Shown here: positions 23,981-37,420 of the stretch, piece after piece
Layout of the letters: each line of letters starts with the position of its first letter
Position numbering within the stretch: position 1 is the first letter of the stretch
Assembly (NCBI RefSeq): GCF_009914755.1
Contig: NC_060926.1
DNA from: the human T2T-CHM13v2.0 reference genome, Homo sapiens
Strand: one strand, 5' to 3'
DNA: 64,000 nt
Position numbers and translations under genes: made by a program
The notes under the pieces: generated by a model
Told to the model about the DNA's origin: nothing
Databases searched by the model: none
What the model saw: the letters and a program-made list of their open reading frames with translations, nothing else

Positions 23981-25416
23981 AAATGGAAATATTTTAGTTT
24001 TATTCTCCAAACAAAAATTATTTATTTCATCTTATTTATCTTCCATTTTTGTCAAATGAAAAAGTAAGAGTAAAGAGGCAGACACTAAAAACAAGAATAA
24101 GTAGTAACAACGTAAAGTCACAAGTAACCACTGGAAACAGTCACATTTAACACTGACTGACTTATGGGCTTATACTGCAGGAAAGAATACCTGTGTATTT
24201 GTTTCATTCATTCAACAAGTATTTTACTGAGCACCCATGATGTGCCAAGAACTGTGCTCAGCACCTATAGGCTTCTTAAAAAGTACAGAACATAGCCCCT
24301 GCCCTCTAAGAGCTTACAATCTATTACTTGTTGGAAAATTAAAGCAAATTAAGAAACCATAAAACAAGTCAATAACTAGGTGCCAAAATAAGTGAAACGG
24401 TAAGAGTTATGGGTAGATTACAAATATTTTCTTTAATAATCTGAAGGGGAGGTATATGTTGGCAAAAGTCATTTTTGAGAAACTTTTGGAGAAGGCAGGA
24501 CTTGAAATAGTACAACATAGGTAAGCAAAGCAAACTTCATGGTGATACTGAGCTGGGGGCAGGAGGGTAAGAAGAACAGCCTAAGTTTGAAGTTGTGAAC
24601 TAATATAATCACTCAAGACACCGTGAAAAGACCAGCCTAAGTTCAAATTAGGGAGTGTAAAGACATGCAGCCTTGAATCCTGCTTTGACATGTACTATGG
24701 GGAGGTTCTTTAAAGTTAAGCTGTGGAATTTAGATACTATGTTATAGGCACTGAAAGTACTGGAGATTCTTGGGCAAGGAGATAACACATTGAAATCTAA
24801 AATTTGTGGGGGCAGGGGGGCATCCTTGAAGCAAGAAAACCAACTCAACTCAAAAACTGTTGAATAACCTAGGCATGGGAGAGTGACGACTTGGGCTCAT
24901 GTGGTAGCAGGAACTGAAATAAAATAAGATCTATTAGAGCCAGCCTTACTCAATATAGGAGCAAGAAAATCAAACTCATTTGTAAAAAGCAATTATTCAT
25001 TTATCAGTTTACTGACCAAAGACCAAAAAAAAAAAGCACTGAATAAATAGAATTAGGGAGGCATTACTAAAGGAATTTTCTGTTCTTTCCATATCATCCC
25101 ATAAAATCTGATATCTACTCTTATCAAATGATCTGAACTGAATCATAGGATGTTAGAGCTGAAAGGGACCTTAACTCAATTACTCTACTCTTCTCACTGA
25201 TAGAGGAAAATAAAGACTCAAATAGGGAGGAAAAAAAAAGAGCCAGCTAGCATGACTCTGGGGCAAAGGCATAATCATCTGTGATAAAGATGGCAGGACC
25301 TGCATGTCCTTTGTGTAGAAAACACAAAAGACATGAAAACAGTATTTACTATGGACACTGAGGAAGAAGACAGCCTCACACATAATTTTATTGATAGAAA
25401 TCTCTACAGAAAATCT

Positions 25417-25671
25417 TTATTTTTTTGAGATAGGGTCTCACTTTGTCACCCAGGATGGAGTGCAAGGCGTGATCTTGACTCACTGCAGCCTCGACCTCCC
25501 AGGTTCAAGCAATCCTTCTGCCTCAGCCCCCTAAGTAGCTGGGACGACAGACGCACACCACCACACCCAGCTTATTTTTAAATAGTTTTTGTAGAGATGG
25601 GGTTTCACCATGTTGCCCAGGCTGGTCTCCAACTCCTGAGCTCAAGCGATGCACCCGCCTCAGCCTCCCAA
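25417..25671 (-). mobile_element. Alu SINE (5'-truncated)
   Basis: Reverse Alu lacking its 5' terminal ~30 nt. Confidence 0.9.
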
Positions 25672-28316
25672 TGGGAAATTTTTGAGTACTGCCATCCAGC
25701 AGGGAAAATTCTTTATCTTTCTTTACTAACATTTAACCAGTGATCCTCAAAGCATCTTAAATCACATATTATTTAAAGCTTAAACAACCTGTAAGGTCCC
25801 TTTCAGCTATAAGATCCTATAACTCTAAAAGTATGACTTTCCTATAAAGTTATATAGAATAAGAGGCAAATTTAATCTACAAGATAGAAAACTGAAATAA
25901 ACCTGAAAGAATATTAAGCTCAATTTGATAATCATCAAATATTTATTACTACTAAGAGTCAGCCTAAATGCATGAGATGGCACTCTAGGTCATCTCATGA
26001 ATTAAGAAAAAAAAAATTTGAACACACCACTTCTTTAAGCTAAATAGCTTGATGCATTTGAGAAATTATGAACCCTGGCTTCCGTACATCATTATGCTAC
26101 CCAGTCTGCATATTATTTTACAAACAAGTTTTACAGTTTCATGTCATATTGGTAACATTCCAAAGACCACAATTATTTGGCAAGTAAGACTGCCACCAAT
26201 TTTAGTCTTTAGCTAGTCCCAGCATGAGATGTTCATGCAAACCAGTCAACACATGAAGGTTTTTATAACCTTCAGTCCCAAAGTCTAAAGAATTTGTGAA
26301 CTGACTTTTTTAAATTGCATGGCAGAACCCTCCCAACTGTCACTACTGTGAATGATACAGACAGACATCCTGCTTCTTCTCAATTATCTTCTGACCACTT
26401 ATTCCTCCTGAGTACTTCCAAGAGTGGCAGAAGAAATAATGCAGGAAAAAGGATCAATTGTCCTATTTATTATCACCTTTAATTTTTAAAGCAATGTTTA
26501 CAGAGTTTCAAATATGATTTCTGATTTGAGAATTCAAATTATCCATGCTCTCCCAGTCTGTTATAAAGCTAAAACAAGAATTTGTTTTACCAAGATTTGG
26601 GACCCATATTTGTTAGTGAAATATTAAGGGGATAAAAGGGAATTATATAATTCTGACAAAAACAGCGGAGATTCTTTTGGGACTTTCAGGGCATAACTCC
26701 TACTAAAACATTTATTTATTATACTAACAGGAGCCTTCAGAGGGAGAAGAATTCTAAACATCTAAATAATTAGGTCTACTTAAAGGCACGTGGCATATAT
26801 TAGCCTAGGAAAAAGTAGAAGAAAACCACACCAAAAAAATCAGTTATTTGAATGGATGTGTACCGAGTAGCAAGTAAACTTACTAGAAAGATGGTCACTG
26901 ATACAGCTAAAGAGAAAGGGCCATAAAGCAAACTGTGACCAGCTTATGTCAATGAGATACATGAAAGTACTTTTAAAAAATAAAATCTGCATTTTTTTTT
27001 TTAACTAGAACTATGACTAGCTGGTATCTTGGTTTTGGTAGTGCAATAGCACCATTACAGCAAGGGTAAGCAGGTCAATCCCTTGCAAAACTTACCTTGA
27101 TTGGCCCAATGGAAACAGAAGGCCCCAGAAAAGAGAGAAGCATCTGGCAGTAGCAAATTGTTTTATTTTATCTTTCTGTGGAAAGAAACTAATTTTAAAT
27201 AAGAACCAGAGCATTTAAAGAATAAATATTTTTAAAGCTCATTATCTAGTTAGAGCAGCTCTACCAAGAAAACAAGAAGAGCTCCTTGCTCCTTAGAGAT
27301 GGAAAGAAACAGAAGAGGAATCAAAGTTGTTTCTCCATCACCTAGAGAGTTTTAAAATTTGTGTTATTCTAGAGTAACAGAATAAAAGGCTCTTTTATTT
27401 AAAGAACTCCTGCAAGCAGAATCTTTTGGGGCTGGTGCCTTTGAATAAAGGTTTTGTTTTGTTTTTTAACAAAATTAAGGGCAATATTCCAAATTAAAAA
27501 AAAAAAGAGGAAAATCACTGGACATTAAGCCCTTCTACTCTTAAGGTTAAGTAAAAAGAGACAGACACATAGCAAGCTCCTTTTCCCACTGCAATTTCAC
27601 CAATAACTTTAACCATGAAAGCTTAAACAATTATCAAACAGTACTAATTAGCAAAAGATCACATGAAATTGGCTTCCAAAATATTTTGTTAGCCTAAATT
27701 TTTGATGATTTATGGAAATACTCAAATGGAAATAACCCAGCCACCTAAAGATCTATTATAGAACTTAACATGAAGCACAAAATTACTCATGGTAACTGAA
27801 CCTGTTACCTTTCTTGGATGCTTCTCTAGAAACTCAGTTCTACCGAAATCACTGAATCAGCATTAAAACCTTTTGATCCAAATCACTCCTACAAAATGTC
27901 CATTTACAATTTATGCTAGAGATGGAAGGGACAGCTCATAAGCAGGAGTGTAGAAGCAACAAGCATTAAAAAAAAATAGTATAAGTGGAAAATGAACTAC
28001 CTATTGGCACTGTCCTATGAAGAATCAGAATTATAGAGCACAAACTCCCCACCCTCCCTCACCCTCCTCCAACACACAAAGAGGAAGATATTTCAGGAAT
28101 AAAATTCGCTCTAAACCAAAACAATAGCTATTTTCAGATTCTATTTATTTACATGGTCTACCAAAATCAGTTATGTTGCTGTATCAGATAATATTTACTT
28201 AGACCATCAACTTCAATTGGCATTCTTGAAAAAATAATCATTAAAAATAAAAGCCTGGATCCACACTTTACTTTTAAATAATAAAGAAAAAAATTCTTAG
28301 TTTTGAGGTCATCAGT

Positions 28317-28381
28317 AAATTTCTCAGAAGACTTTTTCATTATTTAAATTTCTCAGAAGACTTTTCCATTATTCAAATTTC
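28317..28381. repeat. 29-bp tandem duplication (about 2.2 copies)
   Basis: aaatttctcagaagactttt(t/c)cattatt(t/c) twice, followed by aaatttc. Confidence 0.85.
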
Positions 28382-28540
28382 CGTTACAGTCATGATTTAA
28401 CATTTGGCTTATTTGAAATTATTCGGGCATAAACTAATCATTAAACAGCTATAACTACTGACCTAGATTTTGAAATCTTGATAGAATACCTGAGGCAAAA
28501 ACAAATAAATAAATGCAAAATAAAACAAAAACAGTCTTAC

Positions 28541-28672
28541 TTGTCCCATTGGTGGCCCTCCCATAGGGGGCATCATCTGCGGCATCATTCCATGAGGTAC
28601 AGGAGGCATATTCGCTCTCTGACCCATAGGGTGCATTCCCATTGGGGCATAATGCATGCCAGGGTGCCCCAT
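28541..28672 (-). CDS. PRPF40A: PRPF40A coding exon 2, 132 nt ([44 protein letters not shown])
   Basis: tttttcag|ATG acceptor and CAA|gtaaga donor; peptide recognised as the PRPF40A/FBP11 N-terminus. Confidence 0.96.
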
Positions 28673-29775
28673 CTGAAAAACAGTGAACATTTTTAAATGA
28701 GCAAATAATACTAAATGCTTCTCAAAAATCTCATTTCAACAGATCAGTTATCTGAAGCGACATAATATTAAGCTTATGTGTAATAACATCATTGGATTAG
28801 TCTATACCTTGTTTCAAACAAAACGCATTCTGCTAGTATTTAAAACGAGCTTGCAAATTCCGTAAAAAAATGGGAAAAGTTAAGATGAATCCTGGACCGC
28901 TGGATCATAGGTTTTCTCTCTCTTTTTTTTAAGCACTGACTTAACCAGCTACTAATTGGCTTGCTAAGCTTGGAAGATACACATTGAATACTAATTTTAA
29001 AACTGTTATGGTGAAAACAACAACTCTCCTATTTCATGCAGATATAAAAGATAGCCAGCTATTGTTATTTTATAACACTACTGATTTTAAACTTTAAAAT
29101 GCTCTATCCAATTAACTCAGGTGAGAGTCGGTCTTACAAAACACAAACAGTATGGCTACCCAGGCACAATTCACTCCTAACAAACTTATTTCCTAACATA
29201 ACCTTTAAGACAGGTAAAATTCCTTCTGCCAAAAATACATTTTCAAAGACTGAGGTTCTGTCACTCACGGACACTAAATGCAAACAACTAATTCATCCTT
29301 TTTAACGCAGTTTAAAAAGACAACTACTTTCTTTACCGATGAGTCCATTGTTCTATGTTTTAAATTAAAACCACCTAATTATCTCCTGCCAATTGTCCCA
29401 ACAGTTCCCCCTGCAGACCACCCCGACGACTAATGAAAACAAATTTTGGCAGCCGCTGTTAAAGTCTTACAGTATCAAGCCCCTGCCTCCCCCTCCCAGC
29501 TAAAATCGGGCCTAAAGCTCCAAGACGCTCACCCCGCCCAAGAGCCAGCACCTTCACCACGCATCTGTCTAGGCCAAGCCCACGGGGAACTTCCAGGGTC
29601 TCACATCCTTCTCTTTGTGCATTTCCACCCTCCACTTCTCTCCCTCAGAACATATCCCACCATCTCGAGTTCTTCCTTCGTCCACTCTTATCTTCTTCTC
29701 CTTTCGGAGAAAGCTTCCTGTTTCTCACTCCGTTTTTCATTGTGCCGCCTTCCCCCTGCCCCACTGATCCCTTAC

Positions 29776-29940
29776 CGAGGGCCGTCTCCTCAGGAAGCCG
29801 TCAGCAGAGACCCAAGAGCCGGAGCAGAGGCTTGAGCCGGACAATCTCCGCTCCCCGTCCCCAGGACCCTGCGAGGGAGGATGGCTCTCCATTTCACTCA
29901 CCATGAGGCCTCCACGCTCAGCTCCCGTCCCCGGCCTCAT
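29776..29940 (-). CDS. PRPF40A: PRPF40A coding exon 1, long form ([20 protein letters not shown]...RRRPS); alternative donor at 29902 and upstream in-frame ATGs at 29985 and 30177
   Basis: ATG at 29940; donors ATG|gtgagt (exon end 29902) and TCG|gtaagg (exon end 29776), both phase 0; all within ORF 29737..30177. Confidence 0.9.
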
Positions 29941-31068
29941 CGTCGGGCTCAGACTGCTCCGCCGGCGGCCACTGCCGCTACACATACCAACAAGAAGCGA
30001 TCTGAGTGGCTGGCGCCCACTGGGGCTAAAGGTTAAAGGCTGCCCTGCGCTACGGGGCGGGATCAGCGGGGCCAACAGGCTGACGGGCTTCCCCGCTGTC
30101 CAATCAGAATGCGCCGCCGACACGCAGCTCTGCGGCGATTCGCCCCCAGCCTCAGCCTCACTCGGCGTCGCCTGCATGGGGAGGGGGGAGGAGGAGGACG
30201 GAGGAAGTTTCTGCGCCGAGTCCTCCGTCGGGAAAACTCTACCAACTTCCCCAGGGGAAGGGAAGACAACAGTGTCCCAGCTTCCCGAGCTTAGACCGCC
30301 TCACCCCGTAGGGGGTGGGGCAGTGGGGGTCTGCCACCTTCACCCTCCCCGCCCGAGTTACGTACGCCCCACAAACCTGAGGCCGCCAGGGGTAGGGTGG
30401 AGGGGGCGGGGGTAAGCAGCCTGTAGTGTTAGCGGTGGCTGGGACCGAATGCGCGCGCGCGGTGCTCGAGGCGGAGGGGAGGAGGCGGGGAAGGCGAAAG
30501 GAGGGGTTCGGAGGAGAGGGTTCGATCTCCGTACGCACCAGGTGGAGAGCGCGCGCCTGGGGAAGGAGGCGTGTCGAGTAGCGGGAGGGAAGTTGTAGTA
30601 CGGGTGGGGAGAACCACACTAAAGGGAGATGGGGGTGAGCAGTTAAGGAACCGCGAGAGCGCCAGGTAGAGAGGTGCCCTTAATGGGGGAACCTGGAGAA
30701 GAGTGTGAGCGTAGTGGGGAAGAAGGGAGAAGACAAATAGGTTCGGGAATGTGTCTCCGAGGGCGCGAGCGGGCGCTAGGACCCGGCGTCGAAAAGATGA
30801 GGCTTTGGGGCTGTCGGGGCGCGCGCTCCCGTTGGTGACGCGGGGGTGGCGGAGGTCTCCGGCCGGGACGAAGCCCCGCAGGGAGTGGATACTCGACAGC
30901 CTTCGGCCTCCGCTCGCTTCTCCCTGCGCGCTTTCCTGCTCCCCTTTCCGGCTACAGCCCTGGGGTCGAGCTCTGGTCGAAGCGCATTCCGCCTCTCCTT
31001 TGGCCCTGCGGCTTCCTTTGCAACCCGCCGCCCACCCTTGCTCTCCGTGGTTTACCCCTGGGCTCTGA

Positions 31069-31605
<537 letters not shown>

Positions 31606-33076
31606 TAAAGTTGAGCCAGGGTGTGGCTCTCGTCTCCACCCATCTCCCTTTCCCTCGCGCTAAGCCCTCAGGCTGGCAGCTGCTTTCACCCAGAGTCCTC
31701 ATTTGCATCTTACTTTGCTCTCCCGCCCTTTGCCTTTTCTAAGTGGAGCGTCCTGATCCATGATCAGGAGACGTATTTTTAAAAAGGATCGTTTGATTAA
31801 ATGGGTACTCTTGAAGAAATATCTTCAAGTCCTTGAACACTGGGGATGAAATATTGTGAAGATTAAACAAAATGCGAAACACCCACCATTAAAAGGAGAC
31901 AGTGAAAAGTGCATATAATTAAAATAGGCCATGTTCAATGGCCTTCATCCACAAATAAAGATGTGCTGTCCACCAATTCCTCTACACAGAATCTTGAGGG
32001 ACAAAGATTTTCATCGCATAGTCCAAATTTCTTCTTTTATAGGTAAAATAATTAGCCTCTCAGTTTTTAAGTTTGTATCCAGGTGTAGTGCACGGAGTTC
32101 TGTTGCAGAAAGTATAGTCCACTCGTCCTCTAATAATTTTGTTTTTCTGTCTGAAGTTGAAATATTGGCCGGTTGAAGTTTATTGCAAGGCATACGGTTG
32201 TATAATTTAGTTGGCTAGTGTATATTATAGTGGAAAGAAGCAGAGTTAAGTTTAAATTTCCATTCTCACTAGTTTGTGACCTTTGCCAAGTTACTGAAAA
32301 AAAAAAAAAAAAAAAAAACAAAAGAACTTTGTTGTATGAAAAGCACCCAAAACATTGTCACTGAAGTGTTATTTTTGTACTTCATTAAATATAATTAAAT
32401 CTATTTAACTCCAGTTTTTATTTGTCCTCATTGCTTCCCAGCGTTTAGTGGGCTACAGATGGCATGGCATCTAAAACCTTACAATGCTTGATTTTCATAC
32501 AGAAGACACTTTGGCCAGTTGATGTGGGTTTTACCTCTTCATAAAATGGTAAACTGAATGTGCATAAAATGCAAGCTGTCAGTCTTAAATGATTGGCTGC
32601 CAATGTTTCATTTATCATTCCCCTCCCCACTTTTTTGCCCTTTTTTGCAATTCTGATAGTTTTGTCTCCTAGGTGGTTTATTTCTGTTTTGCTCGGAGAC
32701 ATTGCCTTTGTATCATAAAGTCACAAAACCATGATAAGTGGAATTCCATTGCAGAAGACATTGAACTGTGCTTATTTGGAAGAATAGAGAAAGGAACTGA
32801 ACTCCACCTAGTATGCCCTTTAGTGTTTACCACTACCTTAGGGAATAAACAGTACTCTCATCCTATGTACGGTATATAGCTGTTGGCTCCCTTAGTGGTC
32901 AACACATTAATTTGCTTGCTGAAGGTCACATAGCTGGTAAATTGAATCAGAATTTGAACCCAGTTCTTTGTGACTCCAGAGCACTTTCCACAGCTCCACA
33001 ATGCCTTCACAGCCCTTGAGTTACTTTTCAAATTATAGTATTGCTTTCCTACCTAAGTCCCTCTTTGTATTTGCAG

Positions 33077-33130
33077 AGTTGCATGCTGAGAATTTGAAAA
33101 ATGAAGATGATGTAGACACTGGACTATTAG
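33077..33130 (+). CDS. ARL6IP6: ARL6IP6 exon 2, 54 nt (ELHAENLKNEDDVDTGLL-G)
   Basis: tttgtatttgcag| acceptor, TAG|gtatgg donor; frame continuous with exon 1. Confidence 0.93.
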
Positions 33131-33352
33131 GTATGGACTTAATTGCCGCTTGCTTTGGTTTTGAGCTCACGTTTGTGTTTCTAGATCATGTTTGAACTAA
33201 CTCTGGGATAAAATACTTAATGTATTTCTATGTGCAGTCATTCAGTCTTGTTTTTAATTTGCATATGTTGGTGATAAATGTTATTAGATTTCCTTTATAT
33301 GTGTGGAGTATGTGTATGCATATATGGTATGTTTGCTATAATTTTTTAATGG

Positions 33353-33654
<302 letters not shown>

Positions 33655-35139
33655 TTAATGGGTACTGGTATGTGTATGTACCACACACACTAGTAATACA
33701 TTTTAAACACAACTGCATGTGACTCAGGTCCAGAGAAATATTTAACATTTTCTAATTACCTTCTGGAAGAGGCTTCCCACAGCTCTTCTCAGGAATTTAA
33801 AAACAAAAGAACTTCCTCACTATCCTAGCAAAGGTAAATAATGTCTTATGTAGGCTTCAGGAGGAATTTAAGTTCAAATATCTTTATGTGCAGCTTTTTT
33901 TTTTTTTAAAGCATTGACCATCCTTGCACAGGTAAATGACTAGGAGAGTCAGACCTCAGTTTCTGCAGTGTCTGTAGAATGCTGTAGTTCACAGGTTTCC
34001 AGTGAAAAAGGTTATTCTATATTTCTCTCCACCAAAATGATTCTGAAGAGTTGAAAACTTTACCTGTCCAGCATATTTTACTCCTATTTGCTTTGATCAC
34101 TCTAAATTGGGGAGGGGAGATCAAACTTAATCACTCTACATTCGATCACATGAATCAAGTCATTTGATGTGATCACTTTAAATTAAATCATTTGATTTGA
34201 TCACTGTAGATAGGTGGTTGAGACACTATGACACATGTCCTCCCCTCTCCCATTCTTTCCTAAACTCTCTAATCTACCACTTTATGGCTAATCACCCTTA
34301 TGGTGACACTAAGTATAGTGTACCTTATTTCAGCAGAAGGGGAAACATGAACCCTTTATCTTCAAATTGCAAAGAAGTTGGTTTCTTAGATATTGCATGG
34401 AAACTTTTGTCTGTTCTTGTCAACATCTTGCATGAGAAAACATACTTTTTAGTTACTCATTTTATCAGTGTATGTTTTTACATTGTTTTATCTCTAGAAA
34501 TAAGCCAAGATTATTAGGCTTCTCAGAGCTTTTATTGATCTGTCACCTCTTGATGCAGTGGAAACAGAATCTTATGAATTAGGCATGAATTCTAAACCTT
34601 TTGCTGTTTAAAAGTTGTCCTGATTTCTCATTTAGGAGTAGAATGACGGGCAGTTGTTATCTGAAGGAATGGCTTGCTCAATATCAAAAGGAATGTGATA
34701 GGTCTTTTGACATGGTCCTGCTTCCTTTTCCACTTAGGGTTAAATAATCCCATGTTGCTTTTAGGTATGCATGATAGATACTTAATATTTTTACAGCAAA
34801 TAGGAAAATCATTAAGATTTTGCTAATGGCATGAATTTATTGTCAAGAGTCAGGAATGAGCAGAAAGTGTTGTATCTTTATGGTGAAAAAAACCCAACAG
34901 CTATGCCAAAACAAAGCTCATTATTTTGAACCAATGGTCAGATGAGCTCCAGTGGTCAGATGGAGAATAAAAATAGTTAATATCATTTAATGGGCTAATT
35001 CAATCAGTTTCCTGGGGGTTAATTTTAAAGAATAGTTATAGCAGATGTATGTATTATAACATATGGATAGAGAATAGTTGTCTCTACCAGAAGAGGATTC
35101 TTAAAAATCTGTTTCAGTGAAACAGGGCCAAGATGATTA

Positions 35140-35540
<401 letters not shown>

Positions 35541-37244
35541 TTAGCCTATTTACAGAATGTTTTGAATTGACTCCTGTCCTCTGGTTAAAACTCCTCTTGA
35601 GATAATTGATAGCTGAAAAGGTAGGATGGTTCTCTCAAACTTGACTTCCATCTAAATCAACGCTGAGTTGATTAACTTAGATATCAAGAAAAATTGCCTC
35701 ATTAGTTTACCCCTGAGGAGATGCCTATGAAGTTACATCCTTTTTACAATTAATAAGACAGTTTTCACATGAAGAAACAATTTGAAATATTTAATAAGAA
35801 AATGTGTTGAAGTCATCCATTACGTTTGGGAAAAGTACCATGCAGCCTTTTATCAGATGATAACGATTTTATTATATTTCACTATTTATTTTGCCCTGTT
35901 TATTAGGAACCTCGTAGCCAAATGTAATAATGTTTGATTGTTTTGTATATTACTCTTTATTTCTTGGCATACTTATTATTGCCCACACATGCTATTATCT
36001 TAATATTTCCGTGACTCATATTTAAAATTTACTGCAAATTTCCTCATTCTTTGTTTGAAAGTAGGTTGGTTTTTAGAAAAAGCAACGTGAGCACAGTAAC
36101 TGCTCTACCATGAAAGAGTTCTCTTTCTTTTTCTAGACAGACTGACAAAAATTTTGTACACTGCAGAATTTAATTGCAATTTAATCCTAGTCCAAGATTG
36201 GCATGGCAGTCAGTAAGAACAGATTATAGCAGCAATTCTCATTTTGGTATGGGTAACAATCACTTGGGGACTTGCTTTTTTAAAAGCACCTGTAGATTTT
36301 GTTTTGGCCATCATGATTTCGTGATACAGAACATTAGAAGTGTTAAAAAAAGTCCAAGAGAAAGGATGTGTGGGAGGTGGCCCATTCTCTTAAAAAGACA
36401 CAAGTTGAGTAAAACTCAGTTTCATCCTTACAATGAAAATTGATTGAAACTCTGAACTTGAACTTTTTAGCCAGTGTGTGGACTTTATAATTTGAACCTA
36501 TACTCTATTAAGAAAGTGTTACAGTGCTATCTGTGGCTGGGTGGGGTAGCTCTAATATTTCATCTAAAAAGTCACAAATATCCTATTCTATAGCACAATT
36601 TTTGTAAAATTGTCTTACCTATTTGTATTATTCAAGAAATGATGACTAAGGCCAAAAAAAAAAAAAAAAAAGAGAGAAAGCCAAAAAGGACTGGAAGGAT
36701 ATAATCAAAATGTTAGTTTATCTGGGTTTCCGAATTGATTGGTTGTATTTATTATTTTTATTTTCTACAATGTATAAGTGTAACTTGCAATAAGAAAAAC
36801 TTTAAGGGAAAGCACAAATTTAAGTTTAGAGAATAATGTTTCAGTAATTAACAATAACACCATTTATTGCACTTTTACAATATGCCAAAAGCCATTAATT
36901 TGTGTGTTATTTCCTCTAGTATTCTCAACTACACTGTATCCATCAATGTTATTTTCTTCTAAACCAAAACTCAAGAAAGTATGTATTATAATTTTTATAC
37001 CATAGATAGTCTAGGTAGTATAGCAAGGCAGAAAAAGAATGGGTTATCAGCAAGAATTAGCCATGTGCAGCTAAATTATTAGTCATGAAATTATTACAGG
37101 ACTCTTCTTAACACATAAAAGCAGTAATAAGAACCAGACATTAGGACCCCTAAATCTCAATAAATTGAGTTGACATTGTGTGGTACTCTGTAGTCCAACT
37201 TTGGTGGTTGGGAGGGACGTTTCTTAGGCTAATGAAGTCAAAAG

Positions 37245-37420
37245 TTAGCTGGCATCAGAATCACCTGAAAGATAAATTTTGCTGCTCTTCACATGGTGCA
37301 GAATATCTGACTCAGTAGTGTGAGATGGAGCCCAAGAATTTTCATTTTTGACAAGTTTTGAGTTGATGCTCTGCATGCTGCTAGTTAGGGGGCTATATAT
37401 ACTTTGAACACCACTGGCCT
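37245..37420. mobile_element. MER5-like hAT fragment
   Basis: catcagaatcacctg ... gcccaagaatt..catttt..acaag ... actttga..accactg pattern. Confidence 0.55.

Noticed and set aside
30587-30599. ZNF143-associated ACTACAnnTCCC-like motif on the minus strand
   Set aside because: The spacer is one base too long (ACTACAACTTCCC); not called.
34092-34205. Small palindrome gatcacat...atgtgatc and repeated tcatttgat(g/t)tgatcact
   Set aside because: The stem is too short and imperfect for a pre-miRNA or MITE; likely a local micro-duplication.
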